A stretch of DNA of 60,823 bases, counting the filler. It is 4 parts of 4 records of this genome, joined end to end, with 100 filler letters (N's around TTAATTAATTAA, not from the genome) between each part and the next. Parts side by side here need not be neighbours in the genome. Positions count along the whole stretch, not along the records: positions 1 to 25,153 come from DRR723986_12556; positions 25,254 to 35,752 come from DRR723986_12557; 2 more parts are not named here. The stretch is one strand, 5' to 3'. Positions 19,249 to 28,911 of the stretch are shown here, piece by piece. Position 1 is the first letter of the stretch. Each line of letters begins with the position of its first letter. The notes beneath the pieces were generated by a model. It searched no databases and was not told the DNA's origin. It was given only the letters and a program-made list of their open reading frames with translations. The translations under genes and the position numbers were made by a program.

Positions 19249-20871
19249 ATGTCAGACCAATCCACCGCTGAGCGCACCGTGCCAGATGCTTTTGTAGGTG
19301 CTGAGCCGCCGTCTTCGCAGATATCGGCGGATATAAACGCCGGTTTCGCCTTCTTTCTGGACGTAGTTGTCAACATGTTCGTGCTGGCGAATATTTTGCT
19401 GTTTGCGTTTAATTTCCCTAATGAAATTGTCTTTGGCCGCATCATACCCGGCGCAATTGCAGGAATACTTTTTGGTAATATTGTCTGCATTTGGTTTGCT
19501 AAGAAAACCGCCCGCGAAACAGGTAACGAAGCGCTGACCTCAATTCCGCTTGGTATCGATTTGCCGACAGTTTTCGGCATGTGCTTTTTCATTCTTGGTC
19601 CAGTTTACCTGATGAATGTGGAAGCACTGGGGTCCATTGAAGCCGCGGAAAAAGCATGGATTATTGGCATGGCCAGCACGTTGTGGATGGCCGTGATTAA
19701 GCTGGGCTTGTCTTATTTTGCTCGGGCCATGCAACACGAGCTGCCACAAATGGCACTTGTTGGCGCAATGGCTGCCATCGCCACGGTGTGGCTTGGTGCC
19801 GAGGCTATTTACGGTGTTTTTGAGCTGCCAGAGGTTGGCATAGTCTCGCTGATTATTATGGCATATGCGCTGATCGCAGGGCGGCAATTGCCGTTTAATA
19901 TGCCCGGCGCGGTAATCGCAATTTTGGGTGGAACAGCGCTATATTATATTTTGGCATTTGCGGGCGCGGGCGATAGCTATGTGGTTAACCAAGCCCCTGA
20001 CCTTATTTCAGCAATTCCAATGCCGACCCTTCAGGGCCCTATGGCCTTGTTTGGGGATGTTACCAATTATCTGGGTATTATTCTGCCTTTTGCCCTGCTT
20101 ATCGCTGCAAGCAGTGTTAATGTGGTGGCTGGCGCGCGGGTGATCGGTGACACATACGACGCCAGCAAAGTTGTAAGGATTGACTCCGCGGCAACAGCGG
20201 TTAGCGCCTTATTTGGCGGTGTGGTTCAAACCACACCCTATTTTGGCCACGCCACATACAAGCGCATGGGCGCGCGGGTTAATTACGCGATAGGGTCTGT
20301 ATCCGTTATAACCATTGGTGGTTTTCTGGGCGTTATAGCCTTTGCATCTCAGATGATTCCAGCGGCAGTGTTAAAACCTATTTTGGTGGTTGTAGCCTGT
20401 GATATCATGCGGTTGGCTTTTTCAAGCGGGGATGCACGCCATGCACCTGCGCTTTTGTTTGCGGTTGTACCGGGCATCCTTAATTATACGCACACAAAAG
20501 TGTCAGAACTTTATGGAAAAATAGGCGCCACGGTTCAGCAGTCTTTAGGGTCTGACTGGATTGCGGGCTATAACTTGCTTGGGGCTATGTCCAAGGGGTA
20601 TATTTTAACCAGTATTATCTGGGCTTCGATGATTGTGTGGATTATTGATAACCGGTTGATGCGGGCGGCGATGGCAGCAATTGTTGCTGTGATCTGCACT
20701 GAAGTGGGTATCATCCACTCTGTGTCGCCGACAGGGGGCATGTACCTCCCCTGGGCCATTGGCGACCTTGGTGGGCTTGAGGCCTTGCCGCACCGATTAG
20801 CCGCAGGATATTTGATCGCAGGATTGATGCTTTTTGGTTTCCATTTGAGCAACAAGGAAACCAGAGCCTAA
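19249..20871 (+). CDS. NCS2/AzgA-like nucleobase or nucleoside permease
   Basis: Many TM helices; TSIPLGIDLPT and TTPYFGHATYKRMGA motifs; GAGGAG RBS. Confidence 0.78.
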   Translation: MSDQSTAERTVPDAFVGAEPPSSQISADINAGFAFFLDVVVNMFVLANILLFAFNFPNEIVFGRIIPGAIAGILFGNIVCIWFAKKTARETGNEALTSIPLGIDLPTVFGMCFFILGPVYLMNVEALGSIEAAEKAWIIGMASTLWMAVIKLGLSYFARAMQHELPQMALVGAMAAIATVWLGAEAIYGVFELPEVGIVSLIIMAYALIAGRQLPFNMPGAVIAILGGTALYYILAFAGAGDSYVVNQAPDLISAIPMPTLQGPMALFGDVTNYLGIILPFALLIAASSVNVVAGARVIGDTYDASKVVRIDSAATAVSALFGGVVQTTPYFGHATYKRMGARVNYAIGSVSVITIGGFLGVIAFASQMIPAAVLKPILVVVACDIMRLAFSSGDARHAPALLFAVVPGILNYTHTKVSELYGKIGATVQQSLGSDWIAGYNLLGAMSKGYILTSIIWASMIVWIIDNRLMRAAMAAIVAVICTEVGIIHSVSPTGGMYLPWAIGDLGGLEALPHRLAAGYLIAGLMLFGFHLSNKETRA

Positions 20872-20953
20872 AACAATTCTTGACCAAATGGTCAATATTG
20901 GGGTTTATGCACCCTTGAAATGTTAACTCTATCTGTTGTTCAGGACAATAAAC

Positions 20954-21910
20954 GTGACCGAAACACTGGTAAATCAAGGGACAGCTTTTCACGCCGACTG
21001 GCTGGATGGCATCCGGGTAAACAAAAGCGCTGTTGAGAGACGCACATCCTCTCTCGGGGGTAGGCGCGCCGTAAAAAAAGACAGCCAAATCGCCTTTATG
21101 TTGAAAGCGGTTAGTTGCATTGACCTTACCACTCTTGCAGGTGATGACACGGCAGGACGCGTTAAGCGCTTATGCTTGAAAGCGCGCAGCCCTGTGCGGC
21201 GTGATATTCTGGAGGCTTTTGGCTTGGGCGAGATGCGCCTGACCACCGGTGCTGTTTGTGTATACCACGAAATGGTTGATGACGCGGTGGCTGCTCTTGA
21301 AGGGTCTGGTGTGCCGGTGGCGGCAGTATCAACGGGGTTCCCGGCCGGCCTTGCGCCGATAGAAACCCGGATTGAAGAAATCAAACGGTCTGTCGCTGCA
21401 GGGGCTAGCGAAATTGATATCGTGGTTACACGCTCGCACGTTCTCACCGGTAACTGGCAGGCACTGTACGACGAAGTGAAGTCTTTTAAAGAAGCCTGCG
21501 GCCCGGCATTAATGAAAACTATTCTGGCAACTGGTGAGCATGGTAACCTGACACAGGTTGGTAAAGCCTCAATGACTGCCATGATGGCAGGTTCTGATTT
21601 TATCAAAACTTCAACCGGTATGGAGGGCGTCAATGCAACCTTGCCGGTGTCACTGGTGATGATGCGGCAAATTCGCGATTTTTATGAGCGCACCGGCCAA
21701 AAGGTTGGCTACAAGCCAGCAGGCGGCATTAAGGCGGCCAAAGAAGCAGTGTTATATTTGGCGTTGGTGAAAGAAGAGCTTGGCCGTGCTTGGCTGGAAC
21801 CTGAAATGTTCAGGTTTGGTGCATCCAGTTTGCTGGGCGACCTTGAACGTCAGTTAGAATATCATGCCACCGGTGCATACTCGGCGGCGTACCGGCATCC
21901 GATGGGTTAG
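20954..21910 (+). CDS. deoC: Deoxyribose-phosphate aldolase
   Basis: IDLTTL, EIDIV, FIKTSTG, YKPAGGI and RFGASSLL motifs; probable GTG start at 20954. Confidence 0.95.
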   Translation: MTETLVNQGTAFHADWLDGIRVNKSAVERRTSSLGGRRAVKKDSQIAFMLKAVSCIDLTTLAGDDTAGRVKRLCLKARSPVRRDILEAFGLGEMRLTTGAVCVYHEMVDDAVAALEGSGVPVAAVSTGFPAGLAPIETRIEEIKRSVAAGASEIDIVVTRSHVLTGNWQALYDEVKSFKEACGPALMKTILATGEHGNLTQVGKASMTAMMAGSDFIKTSTGMEGVNATLPVSLVMMRQIRDFYERTGQKVGYKPAGGIKAAKEAVLYLALVKEELGRAWLEPEMFRFGASSLLGDLERQLEYHATGAYSAAYRHPMG

Positions 21911-21919
21911 GGGGCTATC

Positions 21920-24328
21920 ATGAGTGTTAAAGAAAAGTTTGAATCGATGGATTATGGCCCTGCAAAAGAGAGCCGTGCCAATGTGGACAAGTGGCTTGCA
22001 GACCATGACAGTACATTTGGCCTGTTCATAAATGGTGAATGGGTAAATCCCGCTGGTGCAGAGAAAATAGATAGTTATTCGCCTTCAACCGGTGAAAAGC
22101 TTGCCAGTATAACCTCTGCCCGCCAGGAAGATGTTGATGCTGCCGTTGCTGCGGCGCGCACCGCTCAGGGCAAATGGGCAAAAATTGGTGGCCATGCCCG
22201 AGCGCGCTATTTGTATGCACTGGCCCGTTTGGTGCAGAAACATTCCCGTATTTTGTCAGTTCTAGAGTCTCTTGATAACGGAAAACCTATCCGCGAAAGC
22301 CGCGACATTGATATCCCGCTGGTTGCCCGGCATTTTTATCACCATGCAGGCTGGGCGCAGTTGTTGGACGACGAATTTCCTGACCATGAAGCGGTTGGTG
22401 TTGCGGGGCAGGTAATTCCTTGGAATTTCCCATTGCTGATGATGGCATGGAAAATTGCCCCTGCGCTGGCGGCGGGCAACACAGTTGTTATGAAGCCAGC
22501 AGACTTTACCTCTCTGACAGCCTTGATGTTTGCAGAATTGTGTCAGGAGGCTGGTCTGCCCAAAGGTGTGGTTAACATTGTTACTGGCAAAGGCGATGTT
22601 GGGGCCATGGTGGTAGACGCCGATGTGGACAAGGTTGCCTTCACTGGTTCAACCGGTGTTGGTAAAATGATCAGGCGCTCAATTGCGGGAACTGGCAAAA
22701 AACTAACGCTTGAGCTCGGCGGAAAGTCTCCGTTCATTGTCTTTGAGGATGCTGACCTGGACGGTGCCGTAGAGGGCATTGTGGATGCTATTTGGTTTAA
22801 CCAGGGTGAGGTATGTTGTGCGGGGTCGCGTCTGCTGGTGCAAGAAGGCATCGCTGACGTCTTTTTTGCCAAGTTGAAAACTCGCATGGGCAACCTTCGT
22901 ATCGGCGATTGCCTAGATAAATGCATTGATGTGGGCGCTGTGGTTGATGACATTCAAAAACAACGCATTGAAGCCTTGATAAAGCAGGGTGTTGAAGAAG
23001 GTGCAGAGGTTTTCCAGTGCAGCGCACCCATGCCAGAAGGCGGCTCTTTCTTCCCACCAACACTGGTGACCGGTGTGGGTACTGACAATACGTTGTTCAA
23101 GGAAGAGGTATTCGGTCCGGTATTAACTGCAATGACTTTCCGCACACAAAATGAAGCTGTTGGGCTTGCCAATAACACGCGGTACGGCCTTGCGGGTACG
23201 ATCTGGTCTGAAAGCATTAGCCGTGCGCTTGAAGTTGCCCCGGCGTTAAAGGCAGGCATTATCTGGATTAACGGCACCAACATGTTTGATGCCGCAGTTG
23301 GTTTTGGTGGCTACCGCGAAAGTGGGTTTGGCCGTGAAGGGGGCCGCGAGGGTATGGTGGCCTATTTAAGGCCCAAGTATGAGAAAACCTTGAAAGACTA
23401 TTCAGCGATTCCGGCTCCGAAAGATGTGGCTGTGCCTAAATCAGGCACGGGTATGCCGGGCGTTGACCAAACAGCGAAAATGTATATTGGCGGTAAACAG
23501 GCGCGCCCTGACGGCGGCGATTCAACCGCTATTGCCACACACAAAGGCGCGTTTGCGGGCCTTGTGGGTGCCGGTAACTACAAAGACATTAGAAATGCTG
23601 TTGAAGCCGCTACCAAGGCGCAAGGTTGGGCTAAAGCCAATGGCCACACCAAAGCACAGATACTCTATTATGTTGCTGAAAATCTTGGTTACCGCGCCGC
23701 AGAATTCGAGAAGCGGCTGATTGAGCTAACCGGCGCTTCTGCAAAGGCAGCAGCCCGCGAAGTTGAACTTTCGGTTGAACGGTTGTTTGCAGCTGCTGCA
23801 ATGGCAGACAAGCATGATGGTGCCGTCCATGCGCCGCCTATTCGCGGTGTGGCACTGGCGATGAATGAAGCTGTTGGCACACTAGCTATTGTTTGCCCTG
23901 ACGAAGCGCCGCTATTGGCGTTTGTCACGCTCACCGCATTCGCAATTGCAGCAGGCAATACCACCGTTGTTGTTCCGTCTGAGCGCTATCCGCTGTTGGC
24001 GACAGACTTTTACCAAATTCTGGAAACGTCAGATGTGCCGGGCGGCGTGGTGAACATCGTTACAGGCGAACGCGAGGCCATGGCAGCACCTTTGTGCAAA
24101 CATTACGGTGTAGACGGCATGTGGTACTTTGGTAGCCGTGAAGGTTGCGCGGATGTGGAACGCGAAGCCGCAGAAAACATGAAACGCACATGGCTCAACT
24201 ACGGCAAGGCATACGATTTTACCAGCAATGATCAGTTCGGTGCTCGTGCCATGATGGAGCGCGGTTCAGAAGTGAAAAACATCTGGGTGCCATACGGCGA
24301 CGCCAACGAAGGCGGCAAAAGTTATTAA
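21920..24328 (+). CDS. ALDH16-type two-domain aldehyde dehydrogenase
   Basis: Complete N-terminal ALDH (PWNFP, LELGGKS, NQGEVCC, EEVFGP) plus a second truncated ALDH-like domain; directly after deoC. Confidence 0.9.
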   Translation: MSVKEKFESMDYGPAKESRANVDKWLADHDSTFGLFINGEWVNPAGAEKIDSYSPSTGEKLASITSARQEDVDAAVAAARTAQGKWAKIGGHARARYLYALARLVQKHSRILSVLESLDNGKPIRESRDIDIPLVARHFYHHAGWAQLLDDEFPDHEAVGVAGQVIPWNFPLLMMAWKIAPALAAGNTVVMKPADFTSLTALMFAELCQEAGLPKGVVNIVTGKGDVGAMVVDADVDKVAFTGSTGVGKMIRRSIAGTGKKLTLELGGKSPFIVFEDADLDGAVEGIVDAIWFNQGEVCCAGSRLLVQEGIADVFFAKLKTRMGNLRIGDCLDKCIDVGAVVDDIQKQRIEALIKQGVEEGAEVFQCSAPMPEGGSFFPPTLVTGVGTDNTLFKEEVFGPVLTAMTFRTQNEAVGLANNTRYGLAGTIWSESISRALEVAPALKAGIIWINGTNMFDAAVGFGGYRESGFGREGGREGMVAYLRPKYEKTLKDYSAIPAPKDVAVPKSGTGMPGVDQTAKMYIGGKQARPDGGDSTAIATHKGAFAGLVGAGNYKDIRNAVEAATKAQGWAKANGHTKAQILYYVAENLGYRAAEFEKRLIELTGASAKAAAREVELSVERLFAAAAMADKHDGAVHAPPIRGVALAMNEAVGTLAIVCPDEAPLLAFVTLTAFAIAAGNTTVVVPSERYPLLATDFYQILETSDVPGGVVNIVTGEREAMAAPLCKHYGVDGMWYFGSREGCADVEREAAENMKRTWLNYGKAYDFTSNDQFGARAMMERGSEVKNIWVPYGDANEGGKSY

Positions 24329-24377
24329 ATGAAGTAGAAAGCTTTTTTGAGGCCCTACAGTGTTTTCGGGACCTTCT

Positions 24378-25153
24378 TTATTTTATTTCAATCACCATAA
24401 GGTCTTCGCCCCATGTGATTGGGCCGTTGTAGGTTGATGCCGTCTGCTTCAAGATTGCTTCTTTGCTGCCGCCAAAGTGACCAAAAACCAATTGGTGATA
24501 TAACACTAATGATTTCACGTTGGCGTTTGCTGCCAGTCTGCCAACATCTTCGCCGCTCGTGTGCGCTTTACTATGGTAATTTTGCCATTCTGGTTTGCGT
24601 TTGGCGAGCGCTGCGCTGTCATACACTTCGTGAATTAATACATCGGCATTGCGTGCAGCAGCTTCCAGAGCAGGGCAATAGGTTGTGTCGCCTGAGATAA
24701 CCAACACTTTGCCATCGTGGGTAAATTTGTAACCGAACGCGATATCCCAGTCGCCGTGACAAACCGGTATAGCTTCTATGGTCAACGACGCAGTTTGAAC
24801 GATAATGTCACCTGTGGTTTCCATTACCTCAGTTTGCCATCCGTTTTGAGATGCTGGCTCGGCCCCTTCCAACCGCATTTTGAGATCAGCTGTATAAGCT
24901 TCTTCAATATTGTGCGTCATATCTTTGGTGCCAGGCGGCCCCCAAATTTGAAGCGGTAAGGTGCGTCCCAGTGTCCACGGCGAGTACATGATATCCGGTA
25001 AACCAAGCGTGTGATCAGAGTGTAAATGGGTAAGCAGCAACCGAGACAAGTTTGGCTGGGCGAGGGCAGCTTCACCTCCAATATGGGCAGCAGAAGCACG
25101 CCGAACCACACCGGGGCCAGCGTCAACTATCCATGATACACCGTCAACAATAA
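24378..25153 (-). CDS. MBL-fold metallohydrolase (RNase Z/AtsA-like), 5' truncated
   Basis: DAGPG, THLHSDH, SGDT, IHEV and HTS motifs; frame open to the contig edge. Confidence 0.85.
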
Positions 25154-25253
25154 NNNNNNNNNNNNNNNNNNNNNNNNNNNNNNNNNNNNNNNNNNNNTTA
25201 ATTAATTAANNNNNNNNNNNNNNNNNNNNNNNNNNNNNNNNNNNNNNNNNNNN
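25154..25253. other. Artificial contig linker
   Basis: 44 N + TTAATTAATTAA (stops in all six frames) + 44 N. Confidence 0.98.
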
Positions 25254-25349
25254 GGGTACCGCAACAGGCTGCTGGTTCGGCACCTGCTGCACGATCTGGG
25301 AGGGCACCTGGTTGGGTACCGCAACAGGTTTAGGGTTTGGCACTTGCTG
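25254..25349. repeat. 60-bp-period coding direct repeat
   Basis: GGGTACCGCAACAGG...GGCAC.TGCTG at 25254 and 25314; the contig breaks inside the repeat. Confidence 0.75.
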
Positions 25350-25706
25350 CTTTGCCTTATTCGGCACAATCATCGGCTGTGGCACCATTGGAGGTGTGGC
25401 CACCGGTACCATATTGGGCACCGGTGACGGGACCTGGTTTGGCACTGCCTGCGGCGTTGCGTAAGGCTTAACAAGTGCAACCGGCGGCTGGCTCGTGCCT
25501 CCGGCCGTACCCAGGTGTTGATTGGTCGTCGATGGGTTCGGGCTTTGGCCGGTGGTCGCTAATCCGCTTCCAGTCTGTGACGCCTGCGGAGAGCTACTGA
25601 GATGTTGCTGACATTGCCAGGAACTGCTGTGCGCACAATTCGCAGCGGCCCAGCCCTCTGCCGAAAGCACAAGGAAGAACGCAATAATGAGCTTGATCGT
25701 TTTCAT
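25254..25706 (-). CDS. Exported Pro/Gln/Val-rich repeat protein, 3' truncated
   Basis: Signal peptide MKTIKLIIAFFLVLSAEGWA, then VPNQ/PVAVP repeats; start lies within 10 nt of the TpsB stop. Confidence 0.75.
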
Positions 25707-25715
25707 GGTCCGCAC

Positions 25716-27455
25716 CTAGAAGTAATAGATTGCTTGCACCCAGCCCCGGTAATCGTCATCGGAGCGGTCACTGTCTTCTCCCGTCTCCGGGTCGCGACCG
25801 TCGTTACTGCCGATTTGCCAGCCTATCGAGGCGCGCAGTACCAGACCTGTTGGCCAGGTCTGGCTGGCAGTCAGGCCCCAGGAAAGCAGGGTGATATTGT
25901 TTTTGAGGGTGCTATTGGAACCCTGCCAGCCATCCCAGGTTTCATCATGCAGTTGGGCCCAGCCGGCCGTGTAAAACAGTGAGGTTTGCAGGTCTCCGCC
26001 CCAGGGCAATTGCGGGAAATCGTAGCGCACATCTGCTTGCAGGCGCGCGCCGTGATCCCCACTTAGCTCCCCTGTTGGATAGCCGGGAATACTGAACGGG
26101 CCACCGAGATAAAACTTCTGGGATGCATCAAGGTTCCCGCTTGCCCATTGCCCTGCAAGGCCACCAAAGGCCGACCAGGCGCCCTTGAGGTGCTGGAGTC
26201 GCGACACATCGAAGTTGAAACGGGCAAAGCTGCCATCGGAGCCTACATTCGCCCGATCGAAGGCTTTGAAAGCATCTCCACCCCGGATATCCACCGAGCC
26301 ACCGGTGAGGCCGGCATAGTAATAACTTCTGCCATTGGCCCAGCGGTCGTCATCGTGATCGCCGCTAGCACTCGCAGTCAGGGTATGTAGCCGACGATCA
26401 GCCTCCTGGATGCCACTGTCATCATTATCCTCCAGGGACAGATAGGCGTACTCAAGGCGACCTGTCAGGTTGCTGTGGCGTGAGCGGATATATGGCTGGC
26501 TTGCAAAGAGACGCAGTGAGGAGGCATCGCCCTCGAACCCGAAGCCGCTAAATTCCTCGCCCAGTTCATAGTCGAGATAGTCCACACTGGCGCCGATGCG
26601 CAGGCCATTACCTGCAACCGGTACGCTGTAGTCGACAAAGACGTAATTTGAGTCACTGCCGCTGGTCACTGCCCGCAGGGTAAGTTGGTCGCCGCTCCCG
26701 GACGGGCTGTTGATGTAAACCGTAGCGCCCAGGCGGCTTTCTCCGGTGTAATAGCTGCCGAAATTATCAATATCCACATTGCCGGTGACCAGCGGTGTGT
26801 CCTCGGTACGCATCAGGAATCGCGCTTCACCGGGCTCGGCGCCGGGATAGATCAGGGAGTGTGAGGTGATACCCGGAAGATCGTCTACCAGCAGGATAGT
26901 GCGCTCAAACTCCTCTCGAGTCATCAATGCACCTGTCGCCAGGTTCTCCTCCAATATTGCGGCGATCACCTCGTCATCGACCCGCTGCCCTTCGTTTTGT
27001 AAGGCTACCCCGCCTTCTTCCAGGCGCCCCTCATAAACGTGCAGTGTAACCAGGCCATCTGCTATTGCCTGAGGTGGCAGATATACCTGCGCGGCAAACA
27101 GCCCGCGCTCACGATAAGCACTCCGCAAACTGTCAATCGCCTGCTGTAAGTTCCCGGCATCTAATTCCTGGTCAGAGAACGGCGCCAACAGGCTTGAGAC
27201 CTCCTCATCGGAAAGCGAGGTGTTACCGTAAACCACGAAATGACTGACGGCGATTGTTTCTTCTCCCCGGATTACGGGCTCTTCAGGGGCTTCAACTTCC
27301 ACCTTACTATCAGTGGACCTGGGTCTTTCGATAAGACGATTATCCCTGACATCTTGATAGAGTGATCCACTGTTGGGGAAGGGAAATGCCCAGGCGCTTG
27401 TCGTTACGCTGAGGCTCAAAGCTATCAATAGTGTCTGGCGCTTCTTTATCGGCAT
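25716..27455 (-). CDS. ShlB/FhaC/HecB (TpsB, Omp85) family outer-membrane transporter
   Basis: Signal peptide, POTRA-like region (YRERGL..AQVYLPPQ, LVDDLPG), DNFGSYYTG, beta-barrel ending in YYF. Confidence 0.9.
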   Translation of the reverse strand: MPIKKRQTLLIALSLSVTTSAWAFPFPNSGSLYQDVRDNRLIERPRSTDSKVEVEAPEEPVIRGEETIAVSHFVVYGNTSLSDEEVSSLLAPFSDQELDAGNLQQAIDSLRSAYRERGLFAAQVYLPPQAIADGLVTLHVYEGRLEEGGVALQNEGQRVDDEVIAAILEENLATGALMTREEFERTILLVDDLPGITSHSLIYPGAEPGEARFLMRTEDTPLVTGNVDIDNFGSYYTGESRLGATVYINSPSGSGDQLTLRAVTSGSDSNYVFVDYSVPVAGNGLRIGASVDYLDYELGEEFSGFGFEGDASSLRLFASQPYIRSRHSNLTGRLEYAYLSLEDNDDSGIQEADRRLHTLTASASGDHDDDRWANGRSYYYAGLTGGSVDIRGGDAFKAFDRANVGSDGSFARFNFDVSRLQHLKGAWSAFGGLAGQWASGNLDASQKFYLGGPFSIPGYPTGELSGDHGARLQADVRYDFPQLPWGGDLQTSLFYTAGWAQLHDETWDGWQGSNSTLKNNITLLSWGLTASQTWPTGLVLRASIGWQIGSNDGRDPETGEDSDRSDDDYRGWVQAIYYF

Positions 27456-27667
27456 CAAAGGAAACCTGTGCTTTTACGAGATCAAGGTCTCGCTGAGAAT
27501 CTTTGGATCGGCATCAGGGGGCTAGACTGCGTTCTTGTTCGTGCTCTCTGATCGATGACGCGCAAAGATAGAGACATTGACCCGGTATGTGCCGGTTGGA
27601 CCATGAACCTGGTTGTATTGGCGGTCATCCAGCCTTCCCCGGTTAACCCCGTAAATCTTTAAACATT

Positions 27668-27689
27668 TTTACACATTTAAGGGTGTAAA
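27668..27689. promoter_or_regulatory. Inverted repeat upstream of tpsB-like gene
   Basis: TTTACAC-8 nt-GTGTAAA in an AT-rich intergenic patch. Confidence 0.35.
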
Positions 27690-27761
27690 GTTAGTGTGCG
27701 TGGAAGTGGTAGAGAAATGCCAAATGACAGGCCCTTCAGGACCCTCTTACGAAAAGTGGAT

Positions 27762-28649
27762 CTATGCGCCTCTCAAGGTGTCAGAGCGAAGATCAGGGCC
27801 ATCGTGACTCCATCCCGGCGCCTTGAAGATATAACTCAGCTTGTCGCGCCATCCCTGGGCACGACGTACATCACGCCACATTGCCGCATACTCACCGAAG
27901 GCTACTTCCAATACCTTGTGCGTGCTGATGTTTTTAGTGAGTCCGTACTTAACAGGTTCCTCGGGTAATTCTTCGGCGAAGGTCCCAAAGAGTCGATCCC
28001 AGATAATCAGCGTTGCTGCGTGGTTCCGGTCCAGGTAGCGCACGTTAGATCCATGATGTACGCGATGGTGCGAGGGCGTGTTGAATAGAAATTCGATGGG
28101 CCTCGGGAACTTGTAAAAGGCTTCTGTGTGGAGCCAATACTGATAGATCAAACTGATACTCAGCATGGTGACGATCATCGCAGGGTGGAACCCAATCAGG
28201 GCAAGGGGCACCCAAAATGGATATTTCAGAATACGCTCACCTACGCCCTGTCGCAGAGCTGTGCCCAGGTTGTAATACTTCGAGCTGTGATGCGATACGT
28301 GTCCTGCCCACAGCAGGCGAACTTCATGGTTCCCCCTGTGAAACAGGTAGTAGGTGAGATCATCGAGGAAGAAAAGCACTACCCACCAGTACCAGCTTGT
28401 ATCGATGACATTCTTGAACGGAGACACCGAATACGCGGCAAACATCAACGAGACACCGAGGAACTTGGGTAGCAAATCCACGAAAACGGTCAATGCCATA
28501 ACCCGCATGCTGGTCCAGAAGTCGACACGCTCGTAGTGCTGAGTATGGCTTCGATAGGCCCAGAGCACTTCGATTACCAAGGCGGCAAAGAAAAAGGGCA
28601 GGGCGAGCACAACCCAATCTCCTTGCAGTACCGCTAATACGTCATTCAT
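27762..28649 (-). CDS. Sterol desaturase/fatty acid hydroxylase family protein (alkylglycerol monooxygenase-like)
   Basis: His boxes HRGNH, HVSHH, WLHTE and HHRVHH; WDRLFGTF. Confidence 0.9.
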   Translation of the reverse strand: MNDVLAVLQGDWVVLALPFFFAALVIEVLWAYRSHTQHYERVDFWTSMRVMALTVFVDLLPKFLGVSLMFAAYSVSPFKNVIDTSWYWWVVLFFLDDLTYYLFHRGNHEVRLLWAGHVSHHSSKYYNLGTALRQGVGERILKYPFWVPLALIGFHPAMIVTMLSISLIYQYWLHTEAFYKFPRPIEFLFNTPSHHRVHHGSNVRYLDRNHAATLIIWDRLFGTFAEELPEEPVKYGLTKNISTHKVLEVAFGEYAAMWRDVRRAQGWRDKLSYIFKAPGWSHDGPDLRSDTLRGA

Positions 28650-28911
28650 GGACTGTGCGCCCCAGGGAGCTAGAGAAGGCGAGCAAGTATAAGCCTATGA
28701 GATTAATAAAAAAATGCCGGGCATAATTCGATCTGGCCTGGATGGCATTAAGCTGCGACATATCGGTGGCGTTGAAACTATGCCTGATTACGTAGATCCG
28801 CGTGGCCAGGCAGTCACTGAAGGGTTAGCGCTCTGAAGATCCGGGCTGCCGGCGAGGGAGGAAACTACCAGCCGAACTCAGGTAAACTCAATTTTTTGGT
28901 CGGAAATCATC

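Noticed and set aside
28825-28890. Glycine-riboswitch-like words (CTCTGAAGA...CTCAGGT) upstream of the DUF885 gene
   Set aside because: The core GGAGA and CCGAAG elements are absent or misplaced, and I could not build the expected stems.
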